From Octopus bimaculoides (lineage: Eukaryota), in NCBI RefSeq assembly GCF_001194135.2, contig NC_068984.1, forward strand, positions 72,042,334 through 72,106,333: 64,000 nt of DNA, in the 5' to 3' direction. Shown here piece by piece: positions 53,000-64,000 of this stretch. The first letter of the stretch is position 1, and the number at the start of each line of letters is the position of its first letter. The notes under the pieces are model-generated. The model searched no databases and was not told where the DNA came from. It saw only the letters and a list, made by a program, of their open reading frames with translations. The translations under genes were made by a program, and so were the position numbers.

Positions 53000-54570
53000 G
53001 GGCAAAATTAATGTTTTATTTATAATACTTTTGCCATTGTCTTCAAGATGCAGCTCATAATATATCAATCTATATCAGAGAGGTCGTTTGTGAGTGCTTG
53101 GCTTTTATCAGTATATTTACCAAACATGTAAATAAAAACTTGTGGCGCAGAATAATGACGACAACATTTTTCAATAGATATCGTAAGTGTAAAGAACGTT
53201 GTATAAAGATATAATGATAATTCTTTGTAATCTATGGCAGAAGGCCAGTCATCGATGAAGACCTCCGAAGGGAAAGAAAGTGTCAGAGCATAACGTGGAC
53301 TGACCACTTGAGGGCTTTTAACTATTCTTAACACTTGAATCTTGGAAATACCAGCCATGAGTAAGGTAACACCAGCAATAATAGAATATATAGAATATGC
53401 CATATGTAAACATCAAAGTGGTTTGTAGTTTCTATCAAAGGAAGGAATTAGAACAGTAATATTCCAAAGAGAGTCTGACAGGCACTAATGCTCTTTACCA
53501 ATATGCAATACAAAACTTGATAAAGATATAACAATCAACAATCTCTTGTACATGGATTATCAGAAGTCGATTGCTGCAAATGATAAACAACTGGGAACAC
53601 TACACAGGGAGTAGACGGATTTGCTGCAAAAATCAATATGAGATTCGCCGAGGTAATAGCACTAAATAAATTTTGAAGTGAAGGAAACTAATTAAAAACA
53701 AAAATATCGTATTAGATACATAAACTAAAATAAGAGAACTAAACCAAATCAGAGGTCAAAATACTAAGAAGTCAATGTACAATAAAGAGCAAACCAAGAC
53801 CTCCTGCTAGAAAACATAAGGAAGGGATAGTAAAGGTGAAATAGATTGATACTTCAAACAGCAGAATGCTAAAGACAGTGTATGTAATAAGCATGAATAT
53901 TTTCTAGCTATCCCTGCCATAGGTTACAGTTATAATACTATTTTCAAGGTTGGTACAATGGAAATAATTTACGGGTGGGTTAAGTCGATTGAATCGACCC
54001 CAGCTCACATCTGGTAATTATTTTATCTATCTCGAAGGATGAAATATAATGTCGCCCACTGCGGAATTTGATCCCTGAACGTAAATGTGGGCGAAAAGCA
54101 GCAATGCATTTTCCCTGCGTGGTAACGAAACTACCACCTCGCCGCCTTTACAGTTATAATATTGATAACTGGGCACTAAATGAAGTGAAAATGCTAGAGA
54201 TCTGCATTTAGAATACCCAACAGATTTTGAGAGAAAATTTATAGACACAATGGTTTGAAGGCGATAAAGTCCTTATACTACGAGAAAACTACCATGAATC
54301 ATATAAAAAAAGCACTACAAAATTATTTAATTCATGAATACAAAAAACTAATACAAATAGCTAGAGAGCGTGAACTAAAGAGAAAACTGTTTTCTGTCTT
54401 CGAGAAAACCGAAAATTAGAAAGCAGAAGTCAAAACACCTGACGGCTATGAACAAAAGAAAGAAACAACAAACGATTTATAGCAGCGAAATCTAAATTAG
54501 GACTGGAGCTACAAATTTCCATGATAAACCGATGGCAAGAAAAGCACTTACATGGCAAATACTAAAACGA
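53000..54570 (+). mobile_element. Decayed R4/Dong-like LINE reverse-transcriptase region, interrupted by a SINE
   Basis: Motifs in order: ITWTDHLRAFN (~AWIDYKKAFD), VIFQRES (~GIFQGDS), NLLYMDYQK (~HLLYMDDLK), AIPAIGYS, MINRWQEKHLHGKY. Confidence 0.7.
53975..54146 (-). mobile_element. SINE family A copy inserted in the LINE relic
   Basis: Reverse complement begins GGCGGCGAGG; GCGGAATTTGATCCCTGAACG; GTCGATTGAATCGACCCCAG. Confidence 0.7.
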
Positions 54571-54627
54571 GATGTACAGGTAGTGTATTGAAATCGTATG
54601 CATTCAAAATAAGATTTCGGAGAAATA

Positions 54628-54630
54628 ACG

Positions 54631-54694
<64 letters not shown>

Positions 54695-54745
54695 CGATGG
54701 TGATGATGATGATGATGATGGTGATGACGATGATGGTGATGATAA
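54628..54745. repeat. (AAT)n-(GAT)n microsatellite
   Basis: Direct inspection. Confidence 0.95.
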
Positions 54746-54784
54746 CTAGCTGGACCTGTGAAAAATTCACGAAAAACATAAACG

Positions 54785-54960
54785 ATGTAAGCAACTGGTG
54801 CCATGAGAAATGTTTGTATATTACGACTGTTTTACGTTCTGAGTTCAAATTCTGCGGAGGTCGAATTTGCCTTTCGTCTATTCGGGAACGATGGCAAGAA
54901 ATTAAGTACCAGTTCTGTACTGGGGTCGATCTAATCAACCGACCCCCTCCCCATAAATAT
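54785..54960 (+). mobile_element. SINE family A copy with decayed head
   Basis: TTACGTTCTGAGTTCAAATTCTGCGGAGGTCGAATTTGCC..AATTAAGTACCAGTTCTGTACTGGGGTCGATCTAATC. Confidence 0.8.
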
Positions 54961-55261
54961 TTCAAGCCTAGAAATTGTGACACTTACAGAATATAAAAAG
55001 TAATGTAACACCAATGACTATATAATCCAAACAAAATATAGCAGTTACACAAACGTAAACTGAATTATTATTTAATCTTAAAATACATCGTACATATTCA
55101 AAGAACCTTCTTGGTTTACTGGTACGGAACGTTTTTCTGATATTCTTTATTCTTTTACTTGTTTCAGTTATTTGATAGGGGGCATGCTGCAAATTAACCC
55201 CTAGACGTATTCCCTCCCTGTAAGCATGGTGCTTATTCTATGTTTCTTCTATTGAACAGCT

Positions 55262-55372
55262 AAATCACAGGGACGCAAACGCACCAACATCGGTTGTCAA
55301 GCAATGGTTGTGGGGACAAACACAGATACAAGCGCACACAAATATACATACATACTCACATATATACATACC

Positions 55373-55449
<77 letters not shown>

Positions 55450-55480
55450 ATATATATATATATTTGACGGGCTTCAAGCA
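55262..55480 (-). mobile_element. SINE family B middle fragment with expanded (TA)/(TACA) core
   Basis: CAGGGACGCAAACGCACCAACATCGGTTGTCAAGCAATG..GACAAACACAG and GACGGGCTTC match the reverse complement of 49850-49975. Confidence 0.75.
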
Positions 55481-56287
55481 GTAGTGACGCAGGCTGGTGC
55501 CATTTTTTTGGTTTGCTGGTATGCCGAGAGATATCCAGTGGATCCCTAACTGGTTCCTCGATCTTAAAGGTATAATATGGATGTGTAATGATGAGACATC
55601 AACAAATGAGCCAGAAATTCTAACTTAAAAGAATAGAAAGAAAAACACAACGTTGCATTCCAAAGCCAAAAGACGTTTTTTAGCTAAGGTTTAATTTTAT
55701 AATGAAAACAAATACAAAATTTTAATTTTGGCGCAAGACAATAACTCGAGGCTGTGATAGAAAATGATAATTTCAAGATAATGTGGGCTTTTCTCATAAT
55801 GCCTGCCTGACCATAATTTTGAGGCAAGAAGACCAGATATGAACATTGAGAAACAATTAACAGTGATTTTCCAGTTCCCTATTTGTTATGTCGCACGTTC
55901 GGATGAACTACTCAACTACTCGACGTCTAGACTTCTCCCTCTATATCCACGTATTGGGCTAGCCTACTTCACCATCTAGGGGCGTCGACACAAAGAATTT
56001 TTCTTTTAAATAAGTGATATCAGGATCTAGCAATAGAACTGAGGTGACTTTGGAAGACCAAAACAACTGTTATCCATCTAGTGATTGGTCCACATGTCAC
56101 AACGACCATAATGATGCCGGAAAGTTTGAAAGAGATTGAAACTGAAACGCGCATTGTCACCTGCAGAATATACCATTCCACCTTCTTCAAACTTAGTAAA
56201 GAATTTCCTTGAGGTTTGAGGAGATATGTCAAAACATGTCAAGATAAGATACCTGCTAACTAATTTACCATGCACTAAAGTGATGGT

Positions 56288-56369
<82 letters not shown>

Positions 56370-56586
56370 GTAATGATGATGTTTGTAATATACACAAACA
56401 CACACAGACACACACACACACACACANNNNNNNNNNNNNNNNNNNNNNNNNNNNNNNNNNNNNNNNNNNNNNNNNNNNNNNNNNNNNNNNNNNNNNNNNN
56501 NNNNNNNNNNNNNNNNNNNNNNNNNNNNNNNNNNNNNNNNNNNNNNNNNNNNNNNNNNNNNNNNNNNNNNNNNNNNNNNNNNNNNN

Positions 56587-56649
<63 letters not shown>

Positions 56650-56689
56650 GTGAGCTCAAAGAAGAAAAACAACAAAAAATAGCAAAAAA

Positions 56690-56860
56690 CAACAACGCGA
56701 GGACGTGATACAGATATTGTGTTATTGGACGCTCAGGAAAGGAAAGAAATTCTGACGTTTCGAGCGGAGCTCTTCGTCGGCAATATAGGAAAGTCCAAAG
56801 AAGGGAAGACGAAGGAAGAAAAATCCCCAACGTTATACACGAGGTTACATATATATGTAT
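56690..56860 (-). mobile_element. Penelope pLTR-like repeat fragment between (TA)n runs, carrying a hammerhead-like motif
   Basis: Contains rc CCGACGA-A-GAGC-TCC-GCTC-GAAAC-GTC; flanked by TA microsatellites. Confidence 0.5.
56748..56786 (-). ncRNA. Minimal hammerhead variant (U4>C core; stem I poor in this copy)
   Basis: CCGACGA, perfect 4-bp stem II, GAAAC and GUC at 56754-56780. Confidence 0.5.
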
Positions 56861-58492
56861 ATATATATATATATACTCAGGCACACAGACACACACACTC
56901 ACGCCTACTCATATTTGTAGGTTGGTTATTATTTGCAATGATGTTTAACATTATTGATGTTTTTGACATCGTGCATGTGTAGAAATATGAACTAATTATG
57001 TGCAAAAATGAAATGCATATAACTTTTATCGGCAATACTATAACGATCGGGAAGCTTCCCTGGATCTCGATAGGCTCTGATAATTTACCTGTTTGAAAAA
57101 TTATTGGAATTTATGAAACCTTCATTTAACACGCATGTATCTTCAGTTTACCTGTACTCTTGTAAACCAATGCATATTTCTCCAATTTTCTGTAATAGCT
57201 CATATAGTGTTTCATTTAACCTGAATTTACATATGGCCATTCATATTTATCCCCGAATTACACACCACAATAAATGTAGACAATCTGATAGGGTTAAGAA
57301 CTGAGTGATCGAATAAAACCTTTTAAAATATTTTATCACACTATTCATACAGGCACACACATTCTGTGTATACCGACATATGTGCGTGCTTCTCATTGCG
57401 TGTGCATTAATATGCGTGCATATGTATACATAAATCTCGTATGTTATAATAGTTTTAGTTATACGGCTACATGTTAAACATTGAGTAACACATCTAAAAT
57501 TGTGGATGTAATACTAGGGAAAAGTCAAAAGTAAGCGTTAAATTTATTACTTAAGAAAAGTATCTATAAGCAGTTTTCTATTGTTTCTAGTGAGTTCAAT
57601 GGATATTTATCTCATAATGTTACATTTTCGGCCATTTTATTGTGATTTATTCAAAATTGTTAGAACAGCCAAGCCTGATATTTCACTTCCTATCATCTAA
57701 TATGATTTAATGAAATAAAAAGAAAAACGTCTTCCGTAACTACCTCATTCACTATCCAAACTTATTACAGAAAAAAAAAACATATTACTGCAGAATACGT
57801 TTAAAACAATAAATGTCAAGAAGTATGTTTCGCTATTCTTGTCTATAAAGTAAGTGTCAATCAATAATTCGTATTAGTTGTATGATATCATAGTGACGAA
57901 TCAAAAAAATATATACTGACGAAAAATAAATTTCTTTGATCACATGGTTTGGAGAAAATAGATAGTATCATAAACTTTGCAATTTCTAATGTTTACATAA
58001 AATTTCGTTCGTACTTTAATCAAATTACATATCAAAACTTACAAGGAATCAAAAAGCATCTGGAAGATAAAATAAAATTGAAAACATTTTTCTCATTCAT
58101 AGCCGTCAAACAAAGACATGTATAAAACCACGTTGTGCTCAACCATATTTAATATATTTGTGAAAGGAAATGGCATTAAAAATTTTATGTTAAAAATCTT
58201 TCTCAAAACCTTTGAATTCAGCGTTGATTATCTTACTTGTTTAAAATATCTACTGATAGCAATATGTATGCAAGTATATATCTTCATGATTAGTAAATTC
58301 TCTTTTATTTTTCACTTTATATCCTATTTAATATTGTTATTTTTGCATAGCTGCTGCTCAGTATTTTTCCAAAAATGTTGTATATCACAGATACAAAATA
58401 AAAAATTAAAGAAGTGATTTTAAATTCTCAATCGCAGAATAATATAACCTGAACAGGGTAAACTATCCCTATTTTGCAGAGAAAAGTGTAGG

Positions 58493-58567
58493 TGGCTAGC
58501 TGTGGACCCGAACTCACATCCCCGTGATTACATGTCACGATGCTTTGACCGATTAAGCTAAACTACC
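58493..58567 (-). pseudogene. tRNA-Thr(UGU)-like pseudogene or solitary SINE head
   Basis: 75 nt. D stem GCTT/AAGC; anticodon stem CGTGA/TCACG with loop CA-TGT-AA; T arm GTGAG-TTCGGGT-CCAC imperfect; acceptor stem mismatched. Confidence 0.6.
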
Positions 58568-59550
58568 CCACTACAAATTCCACTGCAAATTTAAGATGTA
58601 TAGCAATCTCGCTTTATGAGACGCTCTCATATGTTAAATTCAAATTACGACAAACGTAAATAAACAAACGAAGTTTGCTTTTAGAAGCGAGCAAAAGCAT
58701 TAGACTGTGAAAGTTTGTGGTTGGCTTAGATTCACTTTTACACTGACATCGCGATTTTGGACAAGGGATATTTGAGAAAAATAAACTGAAAAATAAAATA
58801 AAAGAGAAATCACAAAGGTCACACCCTGGATTTAATAAGAAGTGAGTGTCGAATAAATACGCTTTCAGCAGAGGTCGACTAAATTCTGTCTCCAGCATCT
58901 TGATTTCAAGATTAAAGGGAAACGCCTTTTCCATCATCAGTGTAATACAACCCAATGCATATAAATACGAACAAATATACATATTCGTGAACACAACGTT
59001 CTACAGCGCAAATACACTGTTCATAATTATATAAAAAATAGAAATTCAAAAATCTGGTTCGTTTATTTCGACGACGTGTTAATAACCAAGTAATTCGGCT
59101 GTGAATAGATCTGGTTTGGGTGAAATTTTATATTTTTAATATATTTTAAAATTTAGGATAAAATCTATATTTGATTCTATCTAGTAGTTAGCATGCATTC
59201 AACCGGTTAAGGTTAAATTAATTGAATTATAAATGTATATTCAGGGAAAGCGAGTAAGCATACTGGTTGCCAACACATTAGAAGAAGATGCCAAATTTCT
59301 CTAAGCAGCCTTAAGATATCACCATAAATTATACACGGGCAAATAAACAAAAAAGGGTCACGATACGGTTCAATTATATATCAATTGATTTCAAGATTTA
59401 GGGGAAAACCCTTTTTCCATCATCAGTTCGTATTTATATGCGTTAGATTCAATTATTCACTACTGAATTAGTTATTACAACGTAGTCAAAATAAACGGAA
59501 CTACATTTAGAATTACTATTTTGTATATACGTATGAACAGTGTATTTGCG

Positions 59551-60087
59551 GGGGCCAGATTGGAGCAATTTCGAGTATAACCAGCCGAAATTGCAAAGAT
59601 AATTTGCAATTATAAACTCGACTGAAGACAGAAAACTCCGAATGACCTGTCCTTGCTTTTTGTATCGTCTGTCTGTATGTTTTGTTGTCCCTTTTTTGTA
59701 TCATCTAACTGTATGTATGTTTTGGTCCAATCTGGCCAGCCCCAAGGAAAAATTAAGCTAAGAGCATTAGATTCCTTGGGAAAAAGCAGCGAATGTATAC
59801 AAAAACAAGAACGGAAAGAACGAACAATGTTACACAATTACAGTAGGAATGATAACGGGAAATGTCTTTCGACTAAGGACGAATATAATCTTAGCTTAGT
59901 TTTTCCTTGGGGCTGGCCAGATTGGAGCAATATCGAGAATAACCAGCCGAAATTGCAAAGATAATCTGAATCTCGTCTGAAGAGAAAAAAAAAAACTCCG
60001 AATGACATGTCCGTGTTTTCGTTGTATCGTCTATCTGTAGGTTTTGTTCCTTTCTTGTATCACCTAACTGGCTGGATGTTTTACGTT
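59551..60087. repeat. Two ~175-bp direct repeats with an inverted copy between them (pLTR-like arrangement)
   Basis: 59551-59722 is similar to 59909-60087; 59723-59762 is the reverse complement of 59890-59929; internal hairpin GCAATTTCG..CGAAATTGC. Confidence 0.85.
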
Positions 60088-60106
60088 TTTGTCCCATTCT
60101 GCATTA

Positions 60107-60166
<60 letters not shown>

Positions 60167-60169
<3 letters not shown>

Positions 60170-60370
60170 CAGAGATGTACTTGCATAGCAAGTGACCTAA
60201 TCTGAGATCGTGTGCTGGAACGAAAACAATTGCAGCGTGGAAGGTGTTTATAAGGCATTTAAAATAACACACAAAATCCGTTAGATTCACTTCAACATTT
60301 AAATTTAATTTGTCAAAATATTTTCGTCGCTTTGAGACCGCGACTTGTTCACTGACAAAATCAGACAATA
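60167..60370 (-). mobile_element. Penelope-type pLTR segment beside (TA)n 60109-60166
   Basis: Carries an intact hammerhead; same strand as, and 3' of, the GIY-YIG remnant at 61050-61720. Confidence 0.6.
60309..60359 (-). ncRNA. Apparently intact minimal type-I hammerhead ribozyme with G3-C8 core covariation
   Basis: TTTGTCA-GTGAACA-A-GTCGC-GGTCTCAAA-GCGAC-GAAA-ATATT-T-TGACAAA: 7-bp stem I, 5-bp stem II, palindromic stem III AAUAUU, UUU triplet; predicted cut between 60316 and 60315. Confidence 0.75.
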
Positions 60371-60873
60371 TACACACACACATACACATATATGTATTTA
60401 TCCACGTATATATTTTTGTAGTGGTGCGCAGACGTTATATATTAAGAAAACAATTTAGTCAGGATTAAGACAAAAACTGTTATCGCTTTCGTCCCTTTCA
60501 GAGATTCACCATGAATGATTTCTTACAGAAAATTTATTATTCTGTGTGTGTGTGTGTGTGTGTGTGTGTCTGTGTGTGTGTCTGTGTTTGTGTGTGTNNN
60601 NNNNNNNNNNNNNNNNNNNNNNNNNNNNNNNNNNNNNNNNNNNNNNNNNNNNNNNNNNNNNNNNNNNNNNNNNNNNNNNNNNNNNNNNNNNNNNNNNNNN
60701 NNNNNNNNNNNNNNNNNNNNNNNNNNNNNNNNNNNNNNNNNNNNNNNNNNNNNNNNNNNNNNNNNNNNNNNNNNNNNNNNNNNNNNNNNNNNNNNNNNNN
60801 NNNNNNNNNNNNNNNNNNNNNNNNNNNNNNNNNNNNNNNNNNNNNNNNNNNNNNNNNNNNNNNNNNNNNNNNN

Positions 60874-60929
<56 letters not shown>

Positions 60930-61049
60930 TGTATGTGTTGCGCATTGGTTGTTTAAATGAATTTATTGGTTGCTTAAGTGAATATAACAAGTATTTTTGT
61001 AACTTTATCATGAATGATATCCAGTGGTAATCTGGTTCAGTTCGGCAGT

Positions 61050-61720
61050 TTTATAGATATTTACGTTCAATTCTCGTAGAAATTATTTCATAAAATTTTG
61101 TTCTATTGTCTGCCTGTATTTTAGATCATTTGTTGTGAAGGGAAGATGCTGAGTATGTTGTTTCCGTATATTTCCAGTATTTCGTTCTGTGGAAACTTAA
61201 GCAATTGTTATAGGATGTGGTGTCTAAGTATTATTGCACAGTGGCGAATGGACTTGTTTGTTTTGCCAAAGTAATTCTCTTTGCAACTGGGGCACTTTTT
61301 GCAGTATGTTGGGTTACTTGTCTTTCAGTTCATATTTGCATTTATTTCGACGTAGAATCCCCCTTTAAATTTTACAAGGTAACTGGTATCGAAATAGTTC
61401 AAGCTAAATTTGTTACTGCATATCCCACATCGATTGTTTCCACAGTACTCAAGAGAGAATTGTGCATTTTCCACTGATTGAACTTCGCCCTTGTGAGAAT
61501 TTTTAAAGATGTTTTGGCTGAGGATTGACATATTTTATGAGATCTTCACGAACAAAATATTTCATTTTGCGTCTCTGAAAAAGTACTGGTAGTTTTGGCT
61601 TCGTGGTATAAAATGTTTGTCCATCTTCGGTCATGTGTGTTGATAAATGAAACAGTGTTTTTTATGTTCTCGTTTTTCACTTTGCTCACGTTTTCTTGAG
61701 TTCCTATACCATTATATGCA
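61050..61720 (-). mobile_element. Penelope-like element: linker plus GIY-YIG endonuclease remnant
   Basis: VSFINTHDRR (~PFVTT.NPR), CGNNRCGIC, NPTYCKKCPSCKENYFGKT (~NLIY.I.C..C...YIG.T), SIFP, RQTIEQNF..ELN; multiple stops. Confidence 0.75.
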
Positions 61721-62299
61721 TGTATATATACATATATATTATTTATATTATTATATGATCGAATGCCACGCATCCATTTCCAAGTAAGTTTTATCTATCT
61801 ATCTATTTATCTCTCACTCTCTCNNNNNNNNNNNNNNNNNNNNNNNNNNNNNNNNNNNNNNNNNNNNNNNNNNNNNNNNNNNNNNNNNNNNNNNNNNNNN
61901 NNNNNNNNNNNNNNNNNNNNNNNNNNNNNNNNNNNNNNNNNNNNNNNNNNNNNNNNNNNNNNNNNNNNNNNNNNNNNNNNNNNNNNNNNNNNNNNNNNNN
62001 NNNNNNNNNNNNNNNNNNNNNNNNNNNNNNNNNNNNNNNNNNNNNNNNNNNNNNNNNNNNNNNNNNNNNNNNNNNNNNNNNNNNNNNNNNNNNNNNNNNN
62101 NNNNNNNNNNNNNNNNNNNNNNNNNNNNNNNNNNNNNNNNNNNNNNNNNNNNNNNNNNNNNNNNNNNNNNNNNNNNNNNNNNNNNNNNNNNNNNNNNNNN
62201 NNNNNNNNNNNNNNNNNNNNNNNNNNNNNNNNNNNNNNNNNNNNNNNNNNNNNNNNNNNAAATGTGTTTGTATACATTTATGTATGTGTGTGTTTGTAA

Positions 62300-62346
62300 G
62301 AGACAGAGTGTGAGTGAGAGAGAGGTTTGTTGTCATGCGTGTGTGC

Positions 62347-62388
<42 letters not shown>

Positions 62389-62480
62389 TCAGACAGACAG
62401 ACAGAGACAGAGACAGAGAGAGACAGAGAAAGACAGAGACAGAGACAGATACAGAGAGAGACAGAGACAGAGACAGAGAC

Positions 62481-62517
<37 letters not shown>

Positions 62518-62656
62518 GAGAGACAGAGCCAGTGAAGGGGTGTGTCGACAATTATACGTACATACATAAATAGTCATACATTTCTTGTACGTATGTGTGA
62601 GTGTGTGTGTGAGAGAGAGAGAGTGTCACTGAAGCATCTCTCTGTCTGTCTGTCTC

Positions 62657-62704
<48 letters not shown>

Positions 62705-62705
62705 G
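62300..62705. repeat. (GA)/(GACA)/(GAGACA) repeats followed by complementary (CT)/(CTGT) repeats
   Basis: Direct inspection. Confidence 0.9.
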
Positions 62706-63549
62706 TGCAGATATACACACAGAAACGATGTATGCATATGTATTTATGTATGTACGTAGACATCACAACACACGCCTTCACTCACACACATACAGAAACA
62801 CACATGTGAGCGCATGATTCACTACGAATACATAGTGCCAAAAAAAAAAAATAATAGAAAATGTATTTACGGAAATTAACGAAGTGTGTGAGTTCGGGAC
62901 GAAATCAAACCTGGAGTGTGTGAATGAGAGAGAGAGAGAGAGAGAGAGAGAATATATGAGATGAACATGGAATGCCCCAAAATCGTATAAATAAAAGCAC
63001 GTTAAAAACTATCCTGTACGGAATATTGAAATTTATGAACTTCGTAAATATGTGTTTCAGTAATTGATCGTTGTAGAGAGTGAGAGACGTCGCCGTTTTT
63101 TCACGTCCGTACCGGAAGTTGACATTGAGAAACCTTTTTAAAGAAGTGAATCTTAAATATAAAGCAATATTATTTATTTTTAATTAGAGATAAAAAAAAA
63201 AATCAAATGAAGAGCCTAAGATTTATCCGAGGTCAAATTATTTANNNNNNNNNNNNNNNNNNNNNNNNNNNNNNNNNNNNNNNNNNNNNNNNNNNNNNNN
63301 NNNNNNNNNNNNNNNNNNNNNNNNNNNNNNNNNNNNNNNNNNNNNNNNNNNNNNNNNNNNNNNNNNNNNNNNNNNNNNNNNNNNNNNNNNNNNNNNNNNN
63401 NNNNNNNNNNNNNNNNNNNNNNNNNNNNNNNNNNNNNNNNNNNNNNNNNNNNNNNNNNNNNNNNNNNNATCACAAGTATGGAAGTAAATAGTGAAGCCGT
63501 TTTCACGTGAAAAGCGATTCCACACACACCTCTGTTTTATATATAGTAT

Positions 63550-63579
<30 letters not shown>

Positions 63580-63582
<3 letters not shown>

Positions 63583-63726
63583 TTTCCGTCTACCAAATCT
63601 ACTTAGAAGTCTTTGATCAGCCCTAGGCTATAGTAGAAGACACTTACCCAAGGTGCCCTGCAGTGGGACTAAGCTCGGAACGATGTGGTTGGGAAGCAAG
63701 CTCCTTACCACACTGCCACTCCTGCA
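63580..63726 (-). mobile_element. SINE family B, 5' half
   Basis: GTTTCCGTCTACCAAATC..CTATAGTAGAAGACACTTACCCAAGGTGCC..TGTGGTTGGGAAGCAAGC..GCCACTCCTGC. Confidence 0.85.
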
Positions 63727-64000
63727 ACCATATAGAATCTTATGTAGATCGGGATATGGGAATACATGTATGAGTTTCTGTGGATATATATACGTATGCG
63801 CACTATGTATGTATGTTCGTAGTTCATCAAGTACATGCCTCTACTCAATTTCAATGAATTTCACATCTCTTTATAATGTAGCATAATGAAAACTATTGTA
63901 TAAATGTCTTTCATTTATTTTTTTAAATACGAAGTATATGAATAGGATTTAGGTCAAGCTCTTTTATTAATTTGTCTTCATCTTTAATTGCGCTGATTCT

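Noticed and set aside
53065-53403. 112-aa minus-strand ORF resembling a hydrophobic protein
   Set aside because: It is the antisense of the decayed LINE RT region on the plus strand
60483-60516. Second hammerhead-like string (rc TGGTGA-ATCTC-TGAAA-GGGAC-GAAAGC)
   Set aside because: Core, stem II closing pair and stem III are defective; no stem I

Overview
AT-rich, microsatellite-dense animal non-coding DNA with 7 N-gaps, most of them next to simple repeats (short-read-type assembly). The tRNA-derived SINEs and the repeat mix resemble Octopus (coleoid cephalopod) DNA; this is inferred from recognition, not from a search. I found no host protein-coding exon; long ORFs in the track are microsatellite or N-gap artefacts or TE remnants. 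The window is a TE graveyard. DNA transposons: a Merlin element with TIRs and an 8-bp TSD, a Tc1 (DD34E) fragment, two mariner remnants, a hAT/Tip100-like pseudo-transposase and two Chapaev3-like fragments. Retroelements: several restriction-like-endonuclease (RLE) LINE fragments (R4/Dong-like and Hero-like), a Tx1/L1-like ORF1, a Penelope GIY-YIG remnant and about 14 SINE pieces. The most interesting signal is a set of minimal type-I hammerhead ribozyme motifs in at least four unrelated repeat families. One looks intact and has a compensated G3-C8 core; one pair sits in a retrozyme-like direct-repeat unit; one lies in the tail of a tRNA-headed SINE. There is also a 1.2-kb near-perfect foldback built from a LINE 3' end.
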